Shown here piece after piece: positions 51,519 through 64,000 of a stretch of 64,000 bases of DNA. The position numbers were made by a program, and so were the translations under genes. Numbering within the stretch: the stretch's first letter is position 1; every line of letters begins with the position of its first letter. The notes under the pieces are model-generated. The model was given only the letters and a program-made list of their open reading frames with translations, searched no databases and was not told the DNA's origin. This DNA is from Lingula anatina (lineage: Eukaryota > Animalia > Brachiopoda), in assembly GCA_051362555.1 (NCBI GenBank), contig CM120648.1:12396587-12460586 (forward strand). Direction: 5' to 3'.

Positions 51519-53984
51519 CAAGAAGTTATAATGAGAAGGAGTAGAAACGGGACATCAATTATCTCTCTCGTCCAATCAGATCGCAGCATTCTTTTCAAAG
51601 CGGCGTCCTTTGAAATTCGATCCTCGTAACTGGTCTAATCCTCCGCTCGCCTCCGCGTGACACAAGACGGAGAAGCTGAACCAGTGCGTATACGTCTTGA
51701 TTTATTCATGTTTAATGCGAATATTTGGAAGTTATACTTAGAAAAACGCCAAGTCGAGCGATATAAAGGTGAGTGAGAGTTGATAATGTGCTTTGAGCAT
51801 TGTTTTATGTTCATACGGTGGCTGTCAGTCAAATTTGAGAGTGCAGAAAGCAGCGTTAGCTCGAAGATCTGAGGCCGATTCAGCGGGACCTCCATGTTTA
51901 GGACTTTTTTCTTCTTAAGTGCGTGATGTATGCACATAATTTATGTTTTTCTGGTTAGTTAAGCACGTGCATCATTACAATACATCACTTTGGTATTAAA
52001 TGAATCAATCCTTTAGATGAAAAACATCGTTTCAAATAGACAACTTTTCATCGGACTTTTTCAAAATGGCCGGTCCCTAAATTGGTAAGAGACAGTTGGG
52101 TGACACTTTGGGACAATTTTTGGTAATTTTAACGTGGTGTATGCAGATAATTTATGTTTTTCTGGTTAGTTAAGGACGTGCATCATTACAATACATCACT
52201 TTGGTATTAAATGAATCAATCCTTTAGATGAAAAACATCGTTTCAAATAAACATCTTTTCATCAGACTTTTTCAAAATGGCGGGTCGCTAAATTGGTAAG
52301 AGACAGTTGGGTGACAGTTTGGGACAATTTTTGGTAATTTTAACATGATGTATGCATATAATTTATGTTTTTCTGGTTAGTTAAGCACGTGCACCATTAC
52401 AATACATCATTGTGATATTAAATGAGTCAATCCTTTAGATGAAAAACATCGTTTCAAATAAACAACTTTTCATGGGACTTTTTCAAAATGGTGGGTCCCT
52501 AAATTGGTTAGAGACAGTTGGGTGACAGTTTGGGACAATTTTTGGTAATTTTAACGTGGTGTATGCAGATAATTTATGTTTTTCTGGTTTGTTAAGCACG
52601 TGCACCATTACAATATAACATTGTGATATTAAATGAATCAATCCTTTAGATGAAAAACATCGTTTCAAATAAACAACTTTTCGTGGGACTTTTTCAAAAT
52701 GGTGGGTCCAAAATTTGACGACAGGGAACTCTCGGAATTTTTTTTTCAATTTTTTAATGCACTATGATGTTTGCAGAGTTTCGTTTAGGATATAGAGTTA
52801 TATTTTGTAATGAATTCCGCACTTACTCATTTCAGGTTGAAGAGAATGCAGGTGAAAGATCTTAAGTTTTGTTGGCAGATGTACATGTAGCCATAATTGA
52901 ACAGTCAAAATGATTGTTTCCAGCAGCAACTTGATGAGGCACAAGGCTCTGTTTTCTTACCACCACTAATATTAAACTATAGTGCACAAGAGGTGCAAGT
53001 TTTAAAAGGGAATTTAGTGGTCCAAGTTTTAAAAGGGAATTGAGTGTTCACTGGCTAATTGTCTAAAGTATAAAATAAAATAATCACCACATCAAAATAA
53101 AAACTAACCATTTTTGTATTGCTTTAATCACTGTTGGGTGTAACAATATTGATATATTTTCATTGCTGGTACTTTGTTTTAGATATTATACAAGTTGCTC
53201 GAATGTTGAAATAAAGCAATATCAATCAATAAAAATATTTCTTTGATTTTTTCTTCTAATGAATTTAAACTATCAGTCTACTATTAGTTGGCCTCATGTA
53301 ATAGACAAAGATATAAACAAAAATATGTATTAATGACATTTTATTTAGAATCGTACTAAGTGCAATAACTTATTTTCATTTCCCCAATTTTCCTGTTTAA
53401 GCTCTACCTGGTATATAAGCAATAATGTGCCAAAAAAGAAAGAAACGAGGTTGGCATACGAAAATTGCAAGTACTACTGTTTTGTGTACACGGCTGTGAA
53501 TTGAATGTGTCATTCCTAGATGAAGGTAAATTTCCTTTACACGCCTTTACACGACAAAAATAATTTAAAATAAATATGAGACTTCTACAGGTGCAAATTT
53601 TAGCGTTGAAGGTGGGTTTGTGAAATTGTTCTCATACATTCTTGATGTGAAACTAATTTTTGTATAACTGATCGGCTTTAGATCAAATGAAGTTGTATCT
53701 CGCATGATTTGAGTTTTATTTCCCGAAATGGTTGCGTCCAGGCTTGAAATCTCTCTCTACACCTTTCTGTAATCCCACCATGTTTTCTCTGTGAGATTAT
53801 TAGAGACTTCGCGAGGCTTTATCCCAATTGGCTGAAGCAACCCACGTGAACGGTCTTTTGAATATGTATTAGGCACAAGCTCTCCCTAAGACCACAAGCT
53901 GGGTAATTATTAGGATTAAGCCCGTTACGAGGATAGGATGAAAGGAAACCCCTTGTTTCTACTCCTTCTCTTTATAACTCCTTG
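51519..53984. mobile_element. P-element-like non-autonomous transposon
   Basis: 7 bp TSD tataaac at 51512 and 53985; ~30 bp TIR caag(a/g)agttataa(t/a)gagaaggagtagaaac; CA...TG ends. Confidence 0.75.
51925..52715 (+). repeat. ~210 bp tandem array (about 3.7 copies) inside the P-like element
   Basis: tatgca(c/g/t)ataatttatgtttttctggtt recurs at ~51929, 52140, 52351 and 52562. Confidence 0.9.
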
Positions 53985-54174
53985 TATAAACAAAGACTTA
54001 GACAGGATACCACACATCTGATAACACCTAATAGGCGGTTACTGTTACTAGTGTAACAATAGCTACAGGAGTAGTGACCTAATAATAGGTGCCAAGCTAA
54101 CAAAAGAAATTCACAGTTGTTGAATCTATGGTTATGGTTGGTGGAGTAGGGCATTCTCTAGCTAACATCAGTTG

Positions 54175-54341
54175 CAGGCCCGTAGCCAGCAATTTCAAAA
54201 GGGGGGTTCTTTTTCTGAAAAAGTGGACCTTTTCCCATAAAAACTTCATGTACCTAGATCAAATTTTACCCAGAGTGGACCTTTTTCCAGCAAAAGGGGC
54301 GGTTCTTTCGAACCCCCGAACCCCCCCTGGCTACGGGCCTG
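54175..54341. mobile_element. MITE with a 5 bp TSD
   Basis: agttg|caggcccgtagccag ... ctggctacgggcctg|agttg. Confidence 0.85.
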
Positions 54342-55863
54342 AGTTGACTGTTAAATCTTACAAGTGATTGAGCATAAAATTTATCTTTATAAACATTAAT
54401 TTGTCCTTGTTTCCCATCCTTTATGAGGGACAGCTAGTACTATACCCTAAATGTTCACTTACTTTTACATCATATTTTATATATTAGGCAGGATTGCACT
54501 TTCACAACAGCCAAGGTCAAGTACAGTCTGATTAGATAAGGTTGACTTTCAATAAATATGAAATATGAAGTGAATATGATCACACAAAAAGTAAAAATAC
54601 ATTATATACTGATATTTAGACCAGTTTCATTATTTTTCATTCAACCTGGCCTAATAAAAATTCACAATTAATATGGATTAACATAGGATTTCCTATAGGT
54701 TCCTATAGAAATTCCTATAAGATTTCCTATAGCATCCTTTAGGAATTTTTTGATGGTCTGAACATAAATTAAAAATCAAAATCATATACTGATATTTAAA
54801 CCAGATTCATTATTTTTCATTCAACCTGGCCTTACAAAAATTACCTATATGAATTGGCATAGGATTTCCTATAGAAATTCCTATAAGATTTCCTATAGCA
54901 TCCTTTAGGAATTTTTTGATGGTCTGAACATAAATTAAAAATCAAAATCATATACTGATATTTAAACCAGATTCATTATTTTTTATTCAACCTGGCCTTA
55001 CAAAAATTACCTATATGAATTGTCATAGGAATTCCTATAAGATTTCCTATAGGATCCAATAGGAATTTTTGTAATGGTCTGAACATAAATTAAAAATCAA
55101 AATCATATACTGATATTTAAACCAGATTCATTATTTTTCATTCAACCTGGCTTATAAAAATTCCCTAAATAAATTATATTAGCATAGGATTTCCTATAGG
55201 TTCCTATAGAAATTCCTATAAGATTTTTGTAATGGTCTGAACATGACTTTAAAAAAAAATCAGCTTCAATGATTTGGTACAAAAACATTCCTAATGATAA
55301 AATATTTCTCTATGAAAGAATACTTTAAAATGATCAATTTTTTTCAAAAATTCTTTAAAAAAGAAATTAAAGAATTTCTATAGAATCCTATAGAAGACTA
55401 TAAGATTGTGCATTATGAACAATAAAAAGCATTTTTGCTTTAATAGTGATATATAATTGACAATTCAACTGATAAAATGGATCTATATCAAATATCTATT
55501 GTTTAGAATGATATATGTTTATAAGATATGCATTTTTCTCAAGATTTTAACTTACAACAATTTCCTATAGGATCCTATAGGAAATCCTATAGGAAATGTG
55601 CCCTATAGGATCCTATAAGATTTCCTATAGGATCCTATAGGAATCCTATAGGATCCTATAGGAAATTTTCGTAAGGGAATTCATTTTCACCTGCAATGAA
55701 AAAATACTAATACAACATTAATTATTAGAAACCATGGTTAAAGATAAACATTCTCATTTACATAATTAACATGTATCAAAACTTACTACAGAAGACCACA
55801 ACCGATCCACATATAGTTAATGGTACCGTTACAACAAAGTTAACTATGAATTACATAATAATA

Positions 55864-57745
55864 GGGAGGTCAGGTCAACTTTGATAGTAACATAAATATC
55901 AGCCAAAATGGTCTCATCTGATAGAGAAATTCATGAGCTTTCTAAAACATTTTAATTTTTGAAAATCAAGCAAGACAATAAAAAGTTATTAAATTTAAAA
56001 GAATGCTAGTCGGCCACAAAATTTTGAAAAAGTCTTATATGCAAGCATATGTAACAGTAGAAGCCAAAAGTGTCACCTAATTGCCTAATCAATTAAACAA
56101 AATTGGCATAACTTTTGAATGGAGTAAAATATCCATTTGAAATTTTCTGGAAAGTTACACTATGCCAAGAAGAATCTGACAAGATATCATTTTCTGTAAT
56201 TTATCCATTATTTCCATGGCAACCATTGCTAAATATCAATAGCGATCAATACTATTTTTTATTTTTCAACCTTAAAGCTTCAGCATCACTGCCCAAAGGC
56301 TACTTTTGGATGAAAATGATTCTAAAAAATGTGCCATCACTAAAAACAAAAAATAATGGCTTGCAATGTATCTGTTGCTATGGAAATAGTCATTATGATA
56401 GCTGTTGCTATGGTAACAGTTTGAATTATTTTTTTTAAACATCATAATGAAATTTTTAACTGATTATGAAATGGGAAACACTCTTTGTACTCAATTTATG
56501 AATTTAAGTTAAATAGTAAACAAATACCATGTCACTGTTGCCATGGCAACCAATATTACAATGACAACTGCATATACAATTTAAAGGTTTAACTAGTAAA
56601 AATTGCCAGAATGCACGATAAAAATAAGTAATATCCGATTTTGGAAAGTTATCATTTTACCAAAAAAAAAAAAAAAAAAAATTAATTGATATTGGACATC
56701 ATAGCAGCTAGGTAATACAAAAACCAGCGAGATTATTTGGACAGACTGCCATAACATAATGGCAGTTTTAGGAATTTTCCTTTTTATTTTTGTTAAGCAA
56801 AAATAAATAGATACTACTTTTGTTCACTTTGTTTGACTGTCATTAACCATTCTAGAGTTTTTCATATCTCCATGATTTTAATTCAGATTCCCCTTTTTAT
56901 AATTACTAACGAGTTCAAAGGTGAAATGGGGCCAATAAGCATTAGGCCCATCAATATTGTACGTTATTTGTTTGAAAAATAAAATAAACTGTATATTCTT
57001 GAATTGCACACATTTTATCAATATCCTTGGGTTTCGTGAACAATTCAAAGATTTTCTGATTAGATATTCTAATATCTTGATCCTCTTTCGGTACTGAAAG
57101 TGTAGTTGCTTTTTTATCAGCAGAGCAGCTTGGTGCGTTTGCCATTTTGTTTGCGATAAGATCAAAGTCACTGATTTTCAAACGGCTGTTACGGCTCTAT
57201 CTTAACAAAAAATGATAAATAAAAAACTGATTTGAATCGAGTATTAGTTAAAAAATTTAGGTAGGGGTTACAGAACTTTCAGAAATTTGTTTTTCTAACT
57301 CTAAAACACGATTAAAAACTTTACAAGCTAGTTTTGATTGCTGTTTTTGGTTGAGTAAACTTCTGTAACCCTTCACTCGAACGCTTGATTCATTATCCTC
57401 ATGAATATGTGTCCAAATACGAGGAAATAGCATTCGGGACGCCGTACGGAGCTTTTAGAAAAATGGCGCGAAATGCGCATGTTGAGCAAAATTCTTAAAT
57501 AGTGGGAATCAAACGAGGAAGTGAAATCACCAGCAATTTCTCACAGAATTTTTGTGGCTAGGGGCTTACAACAGAGAAATGATGCATTGTTACACATATT
57601 GTAAGAAAGCCCATTCAATGCACTTTTAAAATATATTTTCATATTTATCATAGGACCAAAATCTTGGAAGTTATGATGGAAAACAAACAGCAAGGTTAGA
57701 TTTTTTCCCATTTTCAACCGCGTGAGCGGTGTGACCCGACCTCCC
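55864..57745. mobile_element. Non-autonomous TIR element (GGG...CCC ends)
   Basis: gggaggtcaggtca / tgacccgacctccc; taataata on both flanks. Confidence 0.7.
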
Positions 57746-57890
57746 TAATAATAAATTAATGCTTTCCTGGGAACTAACATGATGATGCTCAAAAATTTTC
57801 TACTGTAGATTTGCATTGTGGAATGTACTTAATTGAGATATAGCTGTATAACAATTAGAAGTGTATAATTGACGATTAAACATGTACCCC

Positions 57891-58109
57891 TAGTAGGGGA
57901 GCCAAGGCAAAAAATTAGGGTGAAAAAAAATTTTTATGATATAAAATTTTCGAATATATGGTCGGAGAGCCTGATATCTGGGGTTTATGAATCTGCTTAC
58001 TGGACAAATAGGCTCAATTGCGAAAGTGCCCAAAAGTCGAAAATTTTATATCATTAAATTTTTTTTACTACCCTTTTTTGAAGGCTTTTGGAGTTTGGCT
58101 CCCCTACTA
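57891..58109. mobile_element. MITE with TAG...CTA ends (Academ-like)
   Basis: tagtaggggagccaa / ttggctcccctacta. Confidence 0.65.
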
Positions 58110-58678
58110 CCGTATACTTATCAAATGAATCTTGGCAGGTGCTCGTGCTGGTAAACTGCTTTCGTATCATTATTCAGACTTGCCAAAAATTAATTAAATC
58201 TGTTGACTAAACTGATGTAAATGAGTAGGGGTAGGTCACACAGTGCAGAATGAACAACAACCCCTATTAAAGAAACTACATGAATGATACATTGTAAACT
58301 ATAACTTACAACTTGGACATATCCAAATGTACTGTATACCGTACATGATCTTGAAGTAGGGGGGAAGGCATACACTTTTTTTGTATAAAGTATAACTTCT
58401 GAATTCTGTTGAAAATCTATACCTACCTCATTAAAATCTTCATATATAGTTTACATGTGTGGGTCACAAATTTCCACAAGTTTTGGTGCAATTCGGAACT
58501 GGCCGCACAATTCACTCCACCTGTTCAACCTCGTGGTAAAATTGCGGGATTTCCAAGGAAAATAGGTCAGGTGAATTCTCGCAAAACGAGAGGCATAACT
58601 GGTACTCTGGTATTAAATTTAAGTTATAAATTTTATTATTTCATACAATCATTGCCCCAAAACACTGAAAACCATTTT

Positions 58679-59539
58679 TGTGATCACACTGAACTTCAGA
58701 AATATATGATGGTCCAGGGGAAGGCCTCCGACCATATGCTGGGGATCTGATATGTCTCCACTCAACAAACTCACGACTTCAGTTATAATACAGGTTTATT
58801 TCTGTTAGCATAAGTGTACATAGGAGCCTTAGCCTTACAATATAGATGACAACCCTCCTGCTCCAGTGTTAACCCTGTACTGACTTCTTCACAACATTGC
58901 TAATTTTTAAATCCCTTGGGAGGGGGGATGACTGACTGAGGACATTCCTGGTTACTATTGGTCAGGTTACCTGTCACTCAGCAGCATCTACTTAATTTAA
59001 TAGATAATTCGTACAGTTTACATAATACAGATATACAGGCAGGATATAAACCATAAAATGTAGACGAAGGCGGCTACATAGTAATTTTCCGTCTCTATTA
59101 AACAAAGGTGAGGTAGATATACAAAGATTTACATAGTCTCAATTAAACACAGGTATGGTAGGACATAGTAATTATTTTCTAAAATAGGACATAGTAATTA
59201 TTTTCTAAAACTGGTTTCATCCACAACAATAAAGAAAGTTTCACTGGGCTATTTAGATAACTCCTGGTTTCTTTACATCAGATAAGTCACAAGATATGCT
59301 GTCCATTGTCAAGGTGAAGGTTAATTAAAGATATATACATGTAACCGAGTATCACAAACAATGACTGAATATAAGAATTATCAGCTTCTTTATTACTGTA
59401 CATGCCAACTCGACAGTGTGAGTAAAAATGACCCAGAATACTATTGAGCGGGTAATTTATATGTCCCGCTCACGTGACTAATAAAAGCTCACGTGACTAC
59501 AAAAAAGGGCGGGAATGCTTACGTAATAACCCTATTACA
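58679..59539 (-). repeat. 3' LTR of the Gypsy element (~860 bp)
   Basis: Minus strand: G-rich PPT (ttttgggggg-cata) then TGTAAT...ATCACA; AATAAA at 58795-58800; no partner LTR in the window to confirm the distal end. Confidence 0.7.
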
Positions 59540-59831
59540 TATGCCCCCCAAAAATATGATGGCGTCCCGCCAATCACAATCATATTTACAAAATATATAC
59601 ATTGAAGTAAATTAAATGACAAAAATACATTACATTAAAAATACAAATTATCCACATAACATTAGCAATTTATACTTGTGAGCGTGCACACACACACACA
59701 CAGCCACGCACACGCAACCTTTACATTAAGGAAACGCGACTGAATACGCGACTTATAAGAAAAGACAAAACTACTAATGCAATCTTTTACTTCTTTTATT
59801 TCTTTTGATTAAAACATAAAATATCTTAAAA

Positions 59832-62800
59832 TCACATTTTCTCAACTTTACACAACTTTGCCAACAATTCAAATATCGTTTGACTAGCACGGATGAATTC
59901 CCCATACACTCCTACCAGTGCATTCACAGAGCTAGTATGCTCTGTTGCGACTTGTGATAAAACATAATTCCCCTCCTCCATCCATTGAGGACGGCGTCTT
60001 ACACGTGAAGATCGACGAACTGGTGGAGTTTCAGGTGATTCTTCTAGCTGAACATTTTCTTCTGCTGCTTCTCCTGATTCTTCATCTTCCTCTGTACTGT
60101 CTCTGTTACGAAGGGTCATAAAATATTCTACACCGGAAGAACTGTCAGAAGACCCAGAACTTAATCTTCTGGCAACACTTTTCTTACCTGCAGATCTACC
60201 TTCTTTTTCTTTACCTGAGAGACTCATGGGAAAGGTCAGGGGCAGTAATAAATTTCTGTGTACAACTTTTTGATCACCCTTTCCATTTTCCTGCTGAATT
60301 ATGTACACAGGCATATTCGGATCTTTTTGACCGATGATGACATAGACCTCTTTCCGCCACTTATTGGCCAATTTATGCTTTCCTTTAATGCCTACGTTTT
60401 TTAACAAAACTCGATCTCCTACTTGAGGTACTGCACCACGCGCCCGAAGGTCTTACTCTTATTTTCAGATCTTTTCTTTTCCATTCTCCTGTTTGCTATT
60501 CCATATGCTGTTTCTAATCTGTCTCGTAACTTACCTATGTATTCATCGTAGTCTTCATGCTCCTCCTCTGTGTACAGTCCGAACATTACATCTACCGAAA
60601 GACGGGGGGCCCTCCCGAACATTAGGTAAAAGGGGCTGTACCCAGTGGATTCGTGCACAGTGCAATTGTATGCATGTACTAATGAAGACACATGGGCTTT
60701 CCAATTTTCCTTATGTTCATCACTGAGAGTACGCAACATGTTAATCAAAGTTCTATTGAACCGTTCAGTAACTGCGTTTCCCATTGGATGATAAGGAGTT
60801 GTCCTAGATTTTTCTACCCCAAGCATCTTACACATTTGTTTAATAACCTTACTTTCAAAGTTTCGCCCCTGATCACTGTGTAATCTCAAAGGAAACCCGT
60901 ATTGCACCATAAAATTTTCATATAGTACCTTTGCTGTGGTCTCCGCGGACTGATTCTTCGTTGGTATCGCCCATGCATATTTCGTAAACACATCAGTAAT
61001 CACCAATATGTTACTCACCTTTCCCCGTGATTCCTCAAGGCCTAGAAAATCCATAGAAATCAGTTCCATGGGCTGTGAGGCAATTAAGTGCTCCATTTGA
61101 GCTCTTTCAGGTAAGTAGGGGTTCTTCCCAAGCTGACAGGACGTACATTTCTTCACTTTGTCACTCACAAAGTTAGTCATTCCAGGCCAATAAAAGCGTT
61201 CTTTTAAAATAGAAAGTGTTCTATCTCTACCCTGATGTCCCATATCGTTATGACAAGCAGAAAAAACCTTGTCGTGCCAAACTGTCGGTATTACCAACCG
61301 ATTCCCGTGATACAACACGCCATTACTCACCTTTAACTTCTTCCATGATCTCCGGAAAGGCTTCATTATCTCTGAATGAGGAAGGTCTTTCAACTCACCT
61401 GATGTACCAATCACTTCCAGTATTTTCCGAATAATTGGGTCCTTGCTTTGTTCTTCTTGCCAATTAATTTTCAAATCTTCCCACTCTGCTACTTGGGGGA
61501 AACACTTAGGATAAAAAGGAAGATTTTCAGAATAACCAACATCCAAACCTACACTGTGATCATAACTACACATGTCTTTCACAATCTGTGACGAACAATG
61601 ACACTTTCTAGTAGGTAATCGTGACAGGGCATCCGCGTCAATATTGCACTTACCTGAGAGATAGCTTAACTCAAAATCATACGCGGCTAAACTTGCTAAC
61701 CACCGATGACCTGCAGCATCTACCTTAGCTGTAGTAAGAATGTATGTTAGTGGATTATTGTCTGTAATAACCACAAATTTGTGCCCATACAAATAATCGT
61801 GAAATTTTTGAGTTACAGCCCACTTCAGCGCAAGAAATTCCAATTTGTTTGAGCAATAATTTTGCTCATTGCGATTTAATGCCCGACTAGCGTAAGCTAC
61901 CACACGTGTGCTACCATCTTGCTTTTGGCATAACACTGCCCCTAACCCACTAGAACTCGCATCAATGTGCAATTCAAAAGGGAGTGTATAATCAGGATAG
62001 CATAAAATGGGAGGGTTTGTAAGTTTTTCTATAAGCGTTTCGAATGCTTTCTGGTGCTCCTCCTTCCATACCCAATGGGCGGCTCCCTTCTTTCGTTGTT
62101 CTTCTTTGGTCAGCTCGTAGAGAGGTTTTGCTATTTTCGCGAAGTCCTTCACAAATTTACGGTAAAACCCAGCAAAACCTAAAAACCGTTGTGTCTCTTT
62201 AATGTTAGTTGGAGTTTTCCATTGTCTCAAACAATTTATGTTTTCTGAATCACATTCAATGCCTGCACTTGAAACAATGTGCCCTAAATACTTTATTCTC
62301 CTTTTTAAAAATTGACACTTTGAAGGCTTAAGCTTCAACCCTGCTTTTTTTAATCGACACAACACCTCTCTGATTCTTGAAACGTGTTCATCAATACCGT
62401 CTCCTGAAAACACAATAATGTCATCGAGATACACCATGCAAGTTTTCAAATTCAAATCCCCTATCACTTTCTCCATTAGATTTTGAAATGTTGCTGGACT
62501 GTTAGTCAAACCCATAGCCATTCTATTACATTCATAAAAACCCAGTGGGCCAACAGTAAATGCAGTTTTTGCTTTATCAGCTTCTTTTAGCTCCACTTGC
62601 CAGTATCCGCTACATAAATCTAGAGAAGAAAACCATACTGCACCTTTTAACGCGTCCAATGTCTCCTCAATTCGCGGTAACGGGTGTGCATTTCATACTG
62701 TGCGGCTATTTAATTTCCTGTAATCTATACAGAAACGGATTGTCCCATCTTTTTTCCTCACAAGAACAACGTTTGACGCCCAAGGACTGGACGACTCTCT

Positions 62801-63817
62801 GATGACTCCTGCACTCTTCATTTCTTCCAGATACTCCCTAACTTCTTCATACAGAGCTGGAGGTATACGTCTGGAACGGTCTTTAAATGGGCGATCATCT
62901 GACAATTCTATTTCATGTTTCACTATTGATGTTTTCCCCAGATCCATCTTATGTTTAGCAAATGCAGATCTCTGCTCCAACAATAATTCTTTAAGTCGCG
63001 AAACACCTTCCGTTTCTTCCGGTAAGTTGAACTGAGCTAAAAATCTTTCATCATCATCTTCACTGGATGGGTCCATTATGGTAACTTGATGGAGTTGAGC
63101 AATCGTTGTACCAGGCTGCACAGTGACTGGTCTTGAATTATGGTTTGTGATCTCAATCTCGATCTGTCCATTTTTCGTGAGACTAACCACTCCCGGTGTA
63201 ACATGCAACTCACCTTCACCATGAACATTGTCTCCTGACCCCATATTACCCTGTACCATCACAATTGTTCTGGGTATTGGAATAATAACTTGTGATGCAC
63301 AACACAAAATTGTCGACTGGTTTGGACCAATTTCCCTCTTCTCTACACATTTGATTAAACCATATACCCCATCTGTTTTTTCTAAATGCCTTTTTCTCAA
63401 CCCTACCGTTTGTAAAGCTAAACTCACAGGTTTATTTACACTCACCTTTGTTTCACCATTGTTTTTCTTCATTTCCAGTTGATCATATAATCTATCAAGC
63501 ACATTTGTACCTATCAACAAAGGAATTCTCCCGTTGTATTCAGTATCTGGTGCTACCAGCACCGGGAATACACCTACCTTATGTGGCGATCCATCAACCG
63601 GAACAGCTACCTCCAATTCCACATAGCAGGAATACGGTAGTTTTTCATCAAGTGGTCCCTTTACTAATAAAATTTTATCAATGGCATGTTTAGGCAGATA
63701 TGGAAATTGACTTTCTATAAAAGAACTACTTACACACGTGACCATTGATCCCGAGTCAATTAACGCATATGCACAAATATCATCTACAATTGCAACTGTT
63801 TCATTAGCACTACCCAC
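59832..63817 (-). pseudogene. Gypsy pol (protease, RT, RNase H, integrase) with one nonsense codon and one frameshift
   Basis: LIDSGS, CIDYRKLN, YLDD, DAS, HHCC finger, DQGRNFES; RTV*NAHPLPRI in-frame TGA at 62693; frameshift near 60455 (DLRARG...VGDRVL). Confidence 0.93.
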
Positions 63818-63867
63818 TAGATTTTGACATAAAGTTTGGACTTCGCGTCTAAGTCGAGTCTCACTTT

Positions 63868-63927
63868 GGGATCTTTCTCCCCTTTGGTCCCCAGTGATCC
63901 CTCCTTGGAAACCATTACTTGTTTAAA
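63868..63927 (-). promoter_or_regulatory. -1 programmed ribosomal frameshift signal at the gag/pol junction
   Basis: T_TTA_AAC in the gag frame, 7 nt spacer, stem 1 GGUUUCCA/UGGGGACC, stem 2 GGGAUC/GAUCCC (H-type pseudoknot topology). Confidence 0.75.
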
Positions 63928-64000
63928 GTTCTCTGAAGTAATTTCTCTTGCACCAACTCCGCGTTAGATGCCTTCTTACAAGCATCAACCAAATGACCAT
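63915..64000 (-). CDS. Gypsy gag C-terminus (end of zinc knuckle)
   Basis: GHLVDACKKASNAELVQEKLLQRTLNK*. Confidence 0.7.
   Translation of the reverse strand, partial: GHLVDACKKASNAELVQEKLLQRTLNK

Larger units (their letters stand above)
49874..55677. mobile_element. CMC/EnSpm-like DNA transposon with CCTATAGG subterminal arrays and nested elements
   Basis: aatttcctataggatcctatagg at the left, cctataggatcctataggaaattttcgtaaggg at the right; ~180 bp repeats at 54600-55240; BEN-like remnant inside. Confidence 0.6.
58679..64000 (-). mobile_element. Ty3/Gypsy LTR retrotransposon (continues past the window end)
   Basis: Domain order PR-RT-RNaseH-IN; 3' LTR, PPT and end of gag visible. Confidence 0.95.

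Overview
AT-rich, intron-containing animal genomic DNA. It is probably from a marine invertebrate (inference from the repeat content and gene structure), and it is not prokaryotic. About 0.5-34 kb of the + strand holds the 3' part of a polycystin-1-like (PKD1L2/PKD1L3/PKDREJ-type) gene. I could join 17 GT-AG exons in consistent phase, encoding the GAIN/GPS site, TM1, PLAT, further TM segments, the TOP domain and the channel-like domain. A second + strand gene starts near 44.4 kb with a signal-peptide exon and a C-type lectin exon, and may be a tandem PKD1L paralog. The rest is mobile DNA: a near-full-length L1/Tx1-type LINE, two truncated L2/CR1-type LINEs, a Gypsy LTR element with a -1 frameshift pseudoknot, Helentron-like (HINE) elements carrying satellite arrays, and many nested TIR elements. 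The most unusual signal is repeated 70-78 bp tandem 'echoes' of intron/exon acceptor junctions at four or more exons in both genes, one of them amplified into a ~10-copy minisatellite. Exon boundaries and alignments were read by eye and need RNA-seq or alignment confirmation.
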